From Marsupella aquatica (lineage: Eukaryota; Plantae; Marchantiophyta), in NCBI GenBank assembly GCA_973895155.1, contig OZ316898.1, positions 13,856,330 through 13,920,329 of the forward strand: 64,000 nucleotides of DNA. The letters are read 5' to 3'. Each line of letters starts with the position of its first letter. Position 1 is the stretch's first letter. The notes under the pieces are model-generated. The model saw only the letters and a list, made by a program, of their open reading frames with translations. It was not told the DNA's origin and did no database searches. The position numbers were made by a program, and so were the translations under genes. This document shows positions 1 through 12,595 of the stretch, in pieces.

Positions 1-784
1 AATGATTATGCTGAAATATTGTATGACGTGCAAGATGATGTGAGGAGAGTAATTTTCTGTTAGCAAGGTGAGACAGTATTGTTAGTGAGTCACTAGTGGT
101 TTTGAAAGTCTTTTGACTTTTGCCAACTTTTGTATTTTAACTGCATTTCTAAGAGTGACTCACTCCATATGGCTAGCTAGATAGTAGCTAAAAATTTGGT
201 TTTCCTAACCAGGTTTTGGCTAGCTAGGGACTAAGTTTGCCACAGAAGCAAAGTTTTTGCCATATATAAATTGGTTTTCTGGAAACAGGAAAGATTTTCT
301 TGCATGCTACTATTACCCAATTATGCTCTGACTCACACATGGATCAAAAGCACATGCATATATTATGGAAGAGGTCCGCAGTACAAGTGTACTAATACAA
401 GGCATCTTAGTACAAGTGCACTAATACAAGGCATCTTTCTATGAGTCACAACCTATCAAGCCCAGTTGTCCTATTCCCTTAAGCCAAGTTTCTAGCAATA
501 ATTTCATCTTTTCCTTTTTTAATAAAATTAAGTTTGTATGTACTTGTGTAGATACAAGCCCAATGCCCACAAGCCCAATGCTCACAAGCCCAATGCCATG
601 TGTTGCACTGTAGTGACCAAAAATGTCTTTTCCAGTAAGTGGCTAAAATGGTGGGCTAGGATGTCTTACTTAGGGTTTTGATTAGGCTTACACGGCTTTA
701 CACTCTTGTACCTTATTGGGACACTACCCAGCTTATTTGTTTTATTTGGACTTATTAGTAAATATTTATGGACCCCACTAGAGG

Positions 785-1766
785 TGTGGTAAGCGTTTTA
801 GATGAAACTTGTATAAAACGTATCTTAGAAACTCGAGTTTATTCCCGTAGGAAATAAAGGAAATCAACTTATGATATTATTAAGGTCTTTGAGATCTTTA
901 GAAGTCTCTTCCCTTACACAACTACTATATCTCACTCAAAATATTTATGATCAATCGTTTTAATATGGAAACTCTCAGATTATTGCTCCTTCTCAATAGA
1001 AGTTTGATTTTCGTTCCATTCCTAAATTCCTTATACTCAACAGAGATCGGCTTTACATTAGGGATTTCACTACAATTCTCTAAACTCTAGATTTCAGAAC
1101 TTTACTCATATTTTTCCATACAAAACCAAAGAAAAGTTTTCTTAAAATGTATTCATTCATTCCAAGGTTTACAAGAAAGACACGAGGAAATCATGAATAA
1201 CAGTAGAATTTGGGTGGTGCATTTTCTCATTTCTGCGATTATTCCTCCTAAGCCCAACCTAGCATGAGGAAAAGACCCAAACTAGTTACAAATCGTTTCT
1301 AGAGAATTAAAATGACAAGGCAATTTTGCCTGGGAGTTCAATTGTAATACTCCCTCACAAATCAAAGAGATTTGAAAAGGTTACTAAAACTACCTCCTAA
1401 CTAACTATTAATTGAAGATCTGAAGAGTTGAGTAGTTCCAACTACTTTCTAAGCTAAGACTCCTAATGATGGCTAAACTAGTTTAACTAAGCTAAATTCT
1501 ATCTAATGAGCTCAATCTAGGAAAAGGGAGAGAACAAATGGTTTGAAAAATTGAACCACAATTCAACTTAAAACGCCTGAGCGATGCTTCCGATATAAAA
1601 GCAATTGTCGATTAAAAAGGATCCTTCAATGTGAAAGCAGTTTTAGAGCTTTAACTCCTTCATCTTCTTTAAATAATTTCATTTGTTGCTTAAAAGGTTT
1701 CAAAAGTTTTGAAAAATGTAGATTGAATACTCCTTTAGAACACTTCCTCAAAAAGGGCTTTCCACA
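785..1766 (-). repeat. 3' LTR of the Athila-like element
   Basis: Near-identical direct repeat of 17052-18045; TG...CA ends; abuts the PPT. Confidence 0.96.
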
Positions 1767-1779
1767 TAATCCACTCCTT
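1767..1779 (-). promoter_or_regulatory. Polypurine tract (PPT)
   Basis: Minus strand AAGGAGTGGATTA immediately before the 3' LTR. Confidence 0.85.
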
Positions 1780-2292
1780 AAATGTGAAGCGACCCCGCCA
1801 ACAGTAAGTCTCAAAAAAGTTTTCTTCAGTAAAAATATTTCAGGTGAAAATTGCTAAAGATGATAACATTTCTTACTCAGAGAAATCAATAATGAACAGA
1901 TTGAACTTGAGGACTTCAGGTCTGAATTTGAACTTGGTTTGACTTGTGAAGAAAGAATTAACTTGGATGTGATTCAGTGAGGCTTTTCAAGTTTGATTAA
2001 ACTCAGGGTGAAAAATGTAATGGAAAGAAACACATGGAATAGAAATGGTATTCATTTGAGGAAAAGTAAAATCTGTATCAAAGAAAGTGAAGTGTAAATA
2101 AATCTCCAACAGTGTACAGTGAAGTGATGGACTGGAAAAAATTCTCCATAAAAAATACTTCAAAATTAAAATGAGATCTCTTCATCACCATAGCAGAGGA
2201 GCAATAAATCCAAGGAAAATGCTCATAATGTCACTCCCACCAGGATTGCAAATCATTTCCACTAACTGCACTGAAAACTTGAAAGTTGTCTC

Positions 2293-4069
2293 CTAGTGTT
2301 TTCGCTTTAGTTTCTTTTTCTTTGGAAGCAAAGCCTGATTCACTTCTTCAGACTCAGTGTCTGGTTCGATTACTTCAATCTCCATCTGTAAATCAGCCTG
2401 TGCTAATAAATCTATTGTTGGAGTAGTCATGCCCCGTAGTAGGGCAGTGTTAGAAAAATTGTCATAAGCATTAGAAATTGATGATTTCTGCTTAGGAGTA
2501 GGTACTCGAAGACAATTTGCATCAACTACTGGTAATGCCTTGTTCTGCTCAGTAGAAACATTGTTTGGAGCAAGAAGAGAAACAAATGGCTGATCCTCTG
2601 ATGTTATGGTTAGGGTTGGGGCAACACAATTGGATTGTCTAGCAGCAACCCTCTCGGAGGGAGCAATGGCTTCAACTGTATTCATTTTGTCCTCCCTTGA
2701 AACATGAGTTACTCCCTGTGGTACGTCTGATGGGGTACCCTGGACAAGTGTGAAGGTTGAACATAATTCCAAATGATTCTCAGTGTACTTTTGCAAATCT
2801 CCAATCAATTTCAGGATCATTTCATATTTCCTGTCCAACAAATTCTTCTGGTTGGTAATTGCTGAAACAATTTTCGTCAAGTTCTTGGGATCGTTTTTCC
2901 ATCCTTCAGATGTCAATGCAGCAAGCTGAAGAGTGTCAATAACAGAGAGTGCCATTCTAGTTGCAGCAGTTGAGAGAGTATGAACCGATTGCTGGATTGC
3001 TGGTAAGACTGAGCCGTGGAGCAACTCCTTCAATCGCTTCTCAAGCTCACGTTTCTCCAATCTCCACTGTTTCCTTTCTTGATCAATTCGCGTAGAAGAT
3101 GAGTGTAGGTCTTCGATCTTAGCGAGTAAAGCATCTCCTGAACAAGAAAATCTAGTTTGTAGCTGATTAATCAAACCAGCATTGATGGAATTAGCTCTGC
3201 AAAAGTCATCCACAGTGCTGCAAAATCGCCCTTCCAATGGACACAACGAGTCATCCGAATCCACTTGAATGACACAAATTTCTTGGGGTTTCTTGATTGA
3301 TGTTGAACCTCGTGGTCGACCCCTCAATACTCGCACAGGGGTTGCCTGGAACTCAGTTTTGACAGGGATCTCTACAGCATCCTCGTCCTCTGTCTCACTG
3401 TCTTCATCTTTGGAGGATGGGTCTTCAATGAGAGCTCTGTTTGCCTCTTCTTCTTCATAGAACTGTAACTCTGTTGTCGAAAGCTTCTTCTCAAACTTGT
3501 ACAAGTGGAACAACATGGGTGGCTGCCACAAACAAATCGCTACCGTCCTTCACTTTCTTGCACCTCAGCTGAAAAGAATCTAAAAGCACACTAGCCCAAT
3601 TGATTGGTTTACCTTTGTCATAGGCGGTGACAATCATGGCAGCCAACTTGCCTGCAATTCGCCTAGGCTTATCGGGTGTCAAAATTGGTACAATGAAACG
3701 AAGGATTGCTCGGAGTGCTGGATCCTTTGCTGAGTTTGGGGTATAGCCTTCCTTCGCAAACTCAACAGAGAAAGGATCCTTGCAAATGTCATGGAACAAT
3801 CAGGAGGAGGTGAAATCTTCTGCAATCAGGCCTACCGAAGAAACACCATAGAAATCCGCCATCGTCTGCTCAGTAATCGCTGTGTAATCCGATCGGGCAG
3901 TCACGTTCTTCCCACGTTTATTCCGCAGGCGTATTTCGTCCACCATCTTCACATTGTTGATCACCCAGAGGAAGTCAGCCAATGAATCGATGCCCACCTT
4001 CTTGTAATTCTCTCAGTTGCTGGCCATCTCAGATTCAGGAGGCATCATGATCGTCTTCTCCTTCGCCAT
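2293..4069 (-). pseudogene. Extra ORF in the env position (Athila-type accessory protein, coiled-coil C-terminus), disrupted
   Basis: ORF pieces 3800-3997, 3491-3799 and 2293-3531, with an upstream ATG at 4069, lie between integrase and the 3' LTR; motifs AITEQTMADFYGV and KPINWASVLL; one stop and two frameshifts. Confidence 0.75.
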
Positions 4070-4454
4070 TGCTGCTTGAACTTTGCTTACAATGGGCGCC
4101 TCGACCACACCAGACAGCTGATCTTGCTCTTGGCCTCCTTCTGACCTGCGCGCTCAATGTTCAGGTCCGCTTTCTGTTCTCACTCTCTGCCACCTGCATT
4201 CGTCAATCTTCCTCCAAGAACGATTCATTGATAGCCGGTATTAAGTATCCGTTTGCCCTCTGTGTACTCGCTTCCAGTACACGTATTCCTCTTTGCCGCC
4301 GAATCAACCCGTTTCAAAGTTGAAAAACAATTCAGCCTTCTCTTAATCATTCTCCCATTTTCCCTAAAGGTATGCGGTTGAGAGAGCTCAAAAAATAAAT
4401 TTTTTAACCTAAAATGGTTATCTTAACTTATATCATCAACTAATCTCTACGCAA

Positions 4455-4467
4455 CCATCCCCTCCTT
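4455..4467 (-). promoter_or_regulatory. Second, internal PPT-like tract just after the pol stop
   Basis: Minus strand ATTTAAGGAGGGGATGG versus ATTTAAGGAGTGGATTA at the true PPT. Confidence 0.6.
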
Positions 4468-4491
4468 AAATAAGGGAGTGACCTCATGACC

Positions 4492-5577
4492 CTACTCCAA
4501 TGGCTGAGCCATGTATTTTTTTACTCTATGGCCATTTACTCTAGTAATTAATTCTTCTCCATCAGTAGTGGTAAGTTGTAAGCTACCATTAGACCAAACA
4601 TTCTTAACTACATAGGGACCTCCCCACCTAGTGTGGAGTTTCCCTGGAAACTTCAAATAACAATTGTCATATAATAAAACTAAATCTCCTGCCTTAATGG
4701 TTGTTGGCTTCAACTTCTTATCATAATTCATCTTCCTACGTGCTTGCTGAACATGAGTGTGTGTGAGTGCATAAAGACGATTTTCCTCCAAGTGTTCTAA
4801 TTCTGCTAATCTAATTAATTGGCTTTCTTTAGGGGGTAAACGTCTATCTTCCAAAATTTGTGCAGTGGGCAAACTGAACTCTATAGGAACAATAGAGTCC
4901 ATCCCATAAACCATGTAAAAAGGAGTTCTTTTTGTGGTGATCTTCTGTGCAGTCCTATATGCCCATAGTGCAGATGCTAACTTCATGTCCCAATCACTCT
5001 TATGTGCATAAACGATTTTTGTGAGGATTTTACAAATGATGCCATTAGCCCTCTCCGTCAACCGTTTGCTTTAGGGTTATAGGGAGTAGTTTTGCGGTGT
5101 TTGATCAGGTAAGTGGTGGTAAGCAGTTCTATGGTGCTATTTAGGAAGTGAGTGCCTCTATCACTAACCAATTCTAAGGGACACCCATAGCGAGTGATAA
5201 TATTATCAAAAAGAAAAAGTGTTGTAACAGTTGCATCATCCTTCCGTACCGCTTCGGCTTCCACCCACTTGGTGGCATAAGCGGTTGCCACTATGATGTA
5301 GCGATTCCTCCTTTGTTGGGGAACAGGTTGTATGGGACCCACAAAATCAATGCCCCATTTTTCAAAGGGAGCTAAGGGCATTATGGGGACTAAGGGCCAT
5401 CTTCCACTGAGTAAAGGTTTTCCCATGCGTTGGCAAGGGTCACACCCTTTAATGAAGTCAAGTACATCCTTATGCATTGAGGGCCATCAATAACCCGCAT
5501 CACGAACTTTGGCCACCGTTGTGTCCACAGCAAAATGTCCACCCGAATCCCCTTCATGCAATGCACTAATCACTCTG
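4492..5577 (-). pseudogene. Gypsy integrase (end of zinc finger, DDE core, GPY-type C-terminus)
   Basis: H-EGDSGGH-F...CDPCQR, WGIDFVGP, SDRGTHF, NG/TERAN, WGGPYVV; frameshifts and stops. Confidence 0.95.
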
Positions 5578-8500
5578 TGTCAAATACTTGTCAAGGAGCT
5601 TAAGCGGCTTTTCTCCCCAAAAGACTACCTAATACCTGCTCCATATCATACCAGGGTCACAAAGGATTGACAAAACTTCTGAAATGTGCCTACAATGTCT
5701 AATCACTCCATACATAAGTAGTTTCAACTCTCCACTTCTAGAGAGGTAGTCCCCTTGACTACTTTTGTACTCACACCCTTCCCCTCTCCTCTACTCCAAG
5801 GATCAGCAAGGGGGATCTCCGCTCCAAGCTGTCACCTTAGAGTAGATTCTCACACAAACATCCAAGAACCCAAAATACTTTCCTCTTCAAGCTTAAGTCT
5901 CCTCAAGACCCTCAAAGTAGTGTTACCCCTCAACCTTGCCCCCCTGGCCTTGGTTTGGGTCCACACATCCCCTTTGAGCTCTAGAGAAGGCTCCTCTATC
6001 TAAGGACTCTTCCTCTTGTACTTACCTTTTGTTAACACGATCACACACCAAGCAAAGTACTTTCCAGCCTCAAGCTATAATCCTCTCTAAGTCTCAAAGT
6101 AGTGCTCTACCTTAACCTTGCCTCCTTGGCCTTGGTTTTGTACTAGCACATCCCCTTTGAGCTTAGACCAAGATTACACCATAGCATGGACTCTTCTCTT
6201 GCTCCCATACACTTCAAATGCACTCACACTTAATGGTCACAATGAAGATTGACAAGTCTCCTTTTATTGTATCACCTTTACAACAAAAGTTCACTACACA
6301 TTTTCCACACTAAGCATGGACCACCTCTCCCTTCTCAAGCTTAGCCCTACCTTGGCAAGGTAGAGATTCCACTTAAGAGATGAGACTCCCGGTTCTTAAC
6401 AAATGAAAACTTACTCCTTATATACTATTCTCCTTCCACACCACACCAAGCTTGACCTGGGGTCCAACTACTCCTCCCCCAAGTCCTCCTAACACACAAA
6501 GTCCAACTCTATAGTTCGTAGCCCACCCTACAACCCATTGTTTGGACTCCTTCCAAGCCCTGGAATATGCCACACATGAGTTGCATGCCTTGACCTCCAA
6601 ACCTGCTCCCACTTATGGTCCTCCTCACTAGCTTCCCAACCCACTTGAAATCTCGCAAAAAGAGTGAGTGAGTCTCAAGTTGTGCCTAGTCAAAGATGGC
6701 CTTATTTTACTAACTACCCTAAGTAAACTACCCCCTATACTTACTTTTCTTAACATGATGGCCTTACACCTTTGAAAAAAGGTAAGTACCCTTCCCTAGA
6801 GCCTAACTAAAGTAGTATGGGTGCAAGAAAGGTCAGCCCCTAAATCTGGTAGTCATTCCCCTATGCCGACTTTGGTTTGCAAGCTATCGGGACCCCCTCA
6901 TGGCCTCAGCTAAAAATATATTTGAGTGACTCTTTTTCTGGGTTTCCACCTTCACCAAGGGGTGCCTTACCTTCCCCTTACTCAGCACAAAAACATTTGG
7001 GTCCCAACGGATACCCCTAGCCAAAGTTATGCCCATTCTCCCAAGGCCTGTTTTTGGTGTAAAGCGGGTATAAGCGGCGACCCGATTACACTTACTTTAC
7101 ACGCCCCTTATGGAGATTCCAGGTGTCACCAGGGGAGAGTACTCTCATTATACTCACGTTTCTTATGAAAAATTTGATAAGAACATCAATTTTCGCAGTC
7201 ATTTTCCTCTCTCTTGAATTCAATCTGAAAGTGCAACATGATCTGTTGGATTTGAATGGCAGCAGGTCAATTGATAGCTCAGCCTGGTTTGCAGCAGCCT
7301 TCTCAATCCACCTCCATAGCCATCCAGCCTTGCAGGTGATTCAAAATTGCAGCAGCCATAGCCCACCAATTCGCAGCTAGCCCTTGTTCTTCCTTGCAGC
7401 TGGTCCTTTTGCTACTACATTCAATCAATTTGCTAGCAGCCTAGCTCTATTCTCCAGCAGCCGGCCATAGCTCACCCTTCTCAACTTCGTAGCTAGCAGA
7501 GCAACAACACTATTGAGCTAGCAGCATACTTACTAATCAGCCAACACTCAACATCTCGTGCTTGAAGCTAGCCCTTCTAATTCTGGTGCAACAGTAAATC
7601 TGATCAACTGCCAGCCCTTCAATTTCATAGCCCACCATAGCTCACAGCCAGCCAACTAGCTCTTGATCAGCAGCAGCCTATTTCTCCATAGCACGCAGCT
7701 TGATTCCAATCAGCAGCATCAAGGCGGCCAGCCAATTCTGATCAGCATCCCATGCCTGAAGTTATAGCAGCTCAATTCAATTTCGTAGCTGCCTCTTGAT
7801 CCCAATTTGAAGCAAGCATCTCATGTATTGACCCTTATGGTGTTCCTGACCTCGTGCTTGAGTCGCCCCGGCCTCGTGCTTAAGTCGTGGTCGCCGCCGA
7901 CGCGGTTGACACTAAGAAAAATTTCGGATTTTTTTGTTGGGAAAACAGTATTTCCAGGCCGTTTTGGACCGCCCCCAAAAATCACACATGAGTCTAAAAT
8001 GACTTCTGAGTATATATACATATTCTCTGGACATAGGACTATGTCCTGGTTTACTAATATCTAAACAAAATCTTATCAACGATTTTCTAAAATTAGGTAA
8101 AGTGGGTCAATTATTATGTTTTCCAAAATTCTTCTCACCTTTGAGATGCTCCCAAAAAGTAACCAAAGATACCCAGCTTCTACCACAAGTTTCCAGGGAT
8201 AGAGTGGACCATATTTAACCCACTTCCAAACTTGGAACTCCTAAATTTACTCATCAGCTATTTTTCCCGGGACCCGCTATTTTGTTAATTTAAGTCACAC
8301 CAAAACACAAGGATACCCTAGGCTGAGACCCCACTTGACATCTAACTTTTTAGGGGTGCTCTAGGGACCTCCTAGCATCTATGGGAAAAATCTGAACCAA
8401 AAGTAAGACTTCAAGTGTCAGGTTGTTTCTCCGGCTCGGAATAGTCGCCTATTCTAATAAGGACGGAACGTTGTATTCCCCATCATAAAGACCTTTCTTA

Positions 8501-8682
8501 TCCCTTGGCACTTGCTTACAACTCAGTAACCTTCCATTCCACTATCTTTCCTATTCTACCTACTTAAGTTCCTAAAACCTAGTTACTCCGATAGCACTTA
8601 AAACGTCTTTCTTACTATTCCTTGTTCCTAAAGCAAAAACATGACAAGTTTCTTACATAAACCTATATCGAGCCATTCCACA
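5578..8682. mobile_element. 3.1-kb solo-LTR-like insertion in the integrase
   Basis: TGT...ACA termini; 5-bp TSD CTCTG (5573-5577 and 8683-8687); removal restores EVSRVISALHEGDSGGHF in frame; no long ORF; internal ~70-bp duplication (about 5911 and 6093) and CAGC/CTAGC-rich tract about 7250-7800. Confidence 0.85.
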
Positions 8683-10500
8683 CTCTGGACACCTCATGCG
8701 TCTCCAAACATCGCTTAAGTGTAAGGTCGGGCATGGTTTTATGGAGCACACCTTTAATGAGGGTGTAAGGCCCCGCCTTATGTACAAAAACTGCCTGTTG
8801 CTTTGCATTCATGTGTTGAGGAGGTTGACCAGTAATGAGAAAAGAAACAATCTCAGCATAAAGCGATTGTTCACCCTCCATGTGAAATAACTCCTCATCA
8901 GGAAACACATCGGGAATTGACTCGGTATCACCTTCTCCTTCCAACCGAGATAAGTAATCAGCATTTGACATGGCTTTTTCCAGGGCGCACCTCCACTTTA
9001 AACCGGAATTCTTGAAGAAGTAGAATCCAGCGTGCAATTCGGCCTGACAAATCTGCCTTATTAAAAAGATACTTAAGAGAGTTATGATCAGTATGAAAAA
9101 TAGTGTCATAACCCAGGAGGTAGTGATGGATTTTTTTGCAAGAAAAAACAATGCCCAGAGCTTCACGTTCAGTGGTGGAATAATTTTGCTCAGCACTATT
9201 GAGTTGACGACTGGCAAAGTAAATAGGGTGGTGCTTATCACGCTCATCTTTCTGACTGAACTCAATCCCTATGCAAAACTTAGAAGTATCCACGGAAACA
9301 TGAAACTCTTTTGACCAGTTAGGAGGAAGAAGAACTGGAGCTACAGATAGTCAACGTATGTTTGAGGGTGAGGAAGGCATTGTCTCGTGCCTCATTCCAC
9401 TCGACATAAGGCACATCCTTTTTAAGAAGTTGATTAAGAGGTGTGGCGAGAACATAATAACCCTCAATAAATCGTCTATAATACCCGGCATACCCCAAAA
9501 ACCCCCTTAACTCACGCAAATTAGTGGGCACTTCTAAGGCAAGGATGACTGTAATTTTATCATGATCAACAACAATGCCTCTTTAAGAAATTTTATGACC
9601 CAATAAAATGCCCTCTGTCATCCCGAAGAAACATTTTTCAGGGTGCAAACACAAGCCAGCCTCACGACACTTAGCAAAGGTCTTCCTCAATTTCTCCAAA
9701 TGATCCTTTTCACCGCTGAAAACACAAAAATTGTCAATAAAAATCTCCAAGAAATCACGCAGGTACTCCTGAAAAATAACAGTCATTAGCCTTTGAAAAG
9801 TTGATGGGGCATTACACAACCCAAAGGGCATGCGAGAAAATGCATAGGTGCCCCAATCAGTTGTGAATGTAGTGTTAGACTGATCCGATTTTCTAATAAA
9901 AACCTGGTTATAACCTGAAAACCCGTCTAAAAAACTATACAATTCCTTACCAGCAACTTGATCTAGAATCGTATCCGTAAATGGTAAGGGATGAAATTAA
10001 ATCCTTTTTAGTGGCTGCATTTAATTTCCTATAATCCTGACATACTCTAATTTTTACTTTCCCATCCGATCCTGGTTTTTTAGGAACTATAACTATAGGC
10101 GATACCCAGACACTACTTAGGACAGGGTAAATAAAACCAGCCTCTTTTAATTTATCTAATTCCATTTTAGCCATGAGAGAATACTTGGGATTTAGTCTAT
10201 ACTGACGCTGCCTAATGGGTATAGCATCCTCTACTAAATCTATATGGTGTTCACCTAAAGTAGAAGAAATTCCTTTTAAATCATGATGACTCCAGGCAAA
10301 AATATCTTTATATTCATAAAAAAGATCCTTGTATGCTTGTTTGGTAGCATCATCCAAATTTCTCCCTATGTTAAACGTTTTATCCTTTTCTAGTTCTAGC
10401 TTAGCATATTGATTCTTTTTAACCATATCCTCAGTCATGCTAGCAGACTCTTGAAAATATGCAGAGCTTTTTCCTAAGGCTACTTCCCCTTCCTTAGGTT
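8683..10500 (-). pseudogene. Gypsy reverse transcriptase, RNase H and start of integrase
   Basis: RVCQDYRKLN, FLDGFSGYNQ, MPFGLCNAPSTFQ, FIDNF (degenerate YxDD), [25 protein letters not shown]; multiple frameshifts. Confidence 0.95.
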
Positions 10501-11708
10501 TCTGTGATTGCTATTCATCCAAATCCGATTATGGCATCTCGACAATCGGTTTTGGTTTGAAAATTACTTTAGGAGGTAACATCGCTTGAGGATTTGGGGC
10601 AAGTAGTTCAGACCTTGAGGAAGGACCAACTTCATCTACTTTCCTCATATGCTCAGCTGGTACTGCCTGTTCGTAAGTGTAGACTTCGAGGTAGCGCACG
10701 TCCTCCTCAAAGCTAAATTCGTCCTCCTTGAGCTTCATCATCGCATCCACCCATCGTGAATCAATTGTAGAGGTACTATTATTGGACGTATAACCTGGGT
10801 CTGAAGACATAGTTTCCCCCAAATGCTGGATCTTATCCCAAGACAACGTGACTTTAGGATAACCAAAGGAAAATGTTTTATTAGCCCAATTAACTTTAAC
10901 CTTAGCTTTATAAAGCCAAGGGCGACCTAACAAAATAGGGAAAGTTGACTGAGTGGGAGGATCAATAACAAGAAAATTCAAAATAAAAGGTAAGCCTCCA
11001 ATTAAAACTTCAATATTCCCTAATTTACCTAATGGAAAAACTCTAGATTGATCTGCCATCCTAAGGACTCTAGGTGTTGATTCATACTTAGTAAATCCTA
11101 ACGAACATGCAGTTTGTGCTATCATAATATTAACTCCCGAACCGCCATCAATAGGGACACTTCTAACTAAACAGCCGTCAATTTGGAGTTCAACATCCGG
11201 GGCACCAAAGTCCTCTATTTCAGCAAAATTAACGGCTACCGGAGGCATCTTATATTTCCTACACCTAGAACTAAGAAGTGGTTTTAGCTGTTTTCTATAC
11301 AAAGCATTATTTCTCAACAATTCTCCAAAAGTTACTGTCGCTTGAGCATTAGCCACATCCTTAACTATGTCATAGCCTAATTTTTCATCTACTCTAACTC
11401 CCTGAAAATTTGGCTTATCCTCAAAGGAAACATGCTTGGGTTTCACTGCAATATTTTGTGCATTAGCTTTAATCTCTTGATTAATATATTCATTAGCTTT
11501 AGATGATATATCTCTTATAAAATACTTTGGGTTGTACCTGTCATACACAGGGTCTAACTCTTTGGGAAGACCTTCTACCTGCTTACCCCCAGGCGGTGGG
11601 TCACTGGTCTTGGTCTTATCCTTGATCTTACGTGGAGTGCATGGTTGGGGAGTCGTACTGACCCAAAGCAAATTTTGAGCCCAAACTATCCCTTTGACGG
11701 TTTGTCTC

Positions 11709-12005
11709 CTCAGGGGTCTCACTATATGGGGACCTCCCCATCGCCTGCGACGTTTTTAGGCCTAGGACCCCCTAAAATGTAAGAAAAAAAATTTATTTTT
11801 TAACCCCTATAAAGTTGGAATATTCTTGGAATATTCTAAAATTTGGATTAAAAAGACCCTAGTATTCTTATAAGTCTCAAAATTGAATTTAAAAGACCCT
11901 ATTGTTCTTCTACAAAAATTCTTAAGTCTTCCCTTAGAACCAATAAAATGACCCTATCATTCGTCGCACGTGATATACCATTTTTGTGGAAGTGAAACCC
12001 CCGAG
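11709..12005. mobile_element. MITE (297 bp), 8-bp TSD, hAT-like
   Basis: TIRs CTCAGGGGTCTCACT / AGTGAAACCCCCGAG; TSD TTTGTCTC; near-identical inverted copy at 59393-59689. Confidence 0.93.
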
Positions 12006-12135
12006 TTTGTCTCCTCAACTTTTTGCTTGGCACTTCGAGTAGTAGTCCTATAGACTGATGAAACGTCATCGTCATTCAACTCCTCCTCCATCACATGGTG
12101 AGTATCTTCCAAGAAAATCAGCCGCACCTCTGCAG

Positions 12136-12385
12136 CTCGGGGGGGGGGGGTCACTATATGAAGGGTCATACATCACGTGCGACGGTTTGGGTCATTTATG
12201 ACCCCCCTAAGTCACTTTCTAGAAAGTTGTACAACACCAATCATGTGATGACATGTATGCATTTTGCAATTAAACAACCCTATATTTCCATAGAAGACTT
12301 AATAAGTTTTCCGCCAAAACCATTTAAATGGCCCTATACTTCGTCGCACATGATATGCCACTTCCATGGAAGTGACCCCCCCGAG
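12136..12385. mobile_element. MITE (250 bp), related family
   Basis: TIRs CTCG(n)TCACT / AGTGACCCCCCCGAG; TSD CTCTGCAG/CTCTGCAA; subterminal CACGTGCGA. Confidence 0.9.
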
Positions 12386-12595
12386 CTCTGCAACATCCTT
12401 CTTCTCTGGATCCTTAACATATTTCACCATCAGTTTAGGTTGAACCGGTTTTGGGCATTCAATGGGTAAGTGTCCCTCACTTCCACAATTTCCACAAATA
12501 GGGGTATATTGATATGGAGCTTTAGGATAAGGACAATCAGGAGCATAATGGCCAGCGATCCCACAATTGTAGCAAGTTCCCGGGATTCTCTCTGT

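Noticed and set aside
380-600. Short tandem duplications (29-bp x2, 14-bp x3) near the window start
   Set aside because: Ordinary slippage repeats with no associated structure
2293-4069. True retroviral envelope gene
   Set aside because: No signal peptide or clear transmembrane segment visible; only its position is env-like
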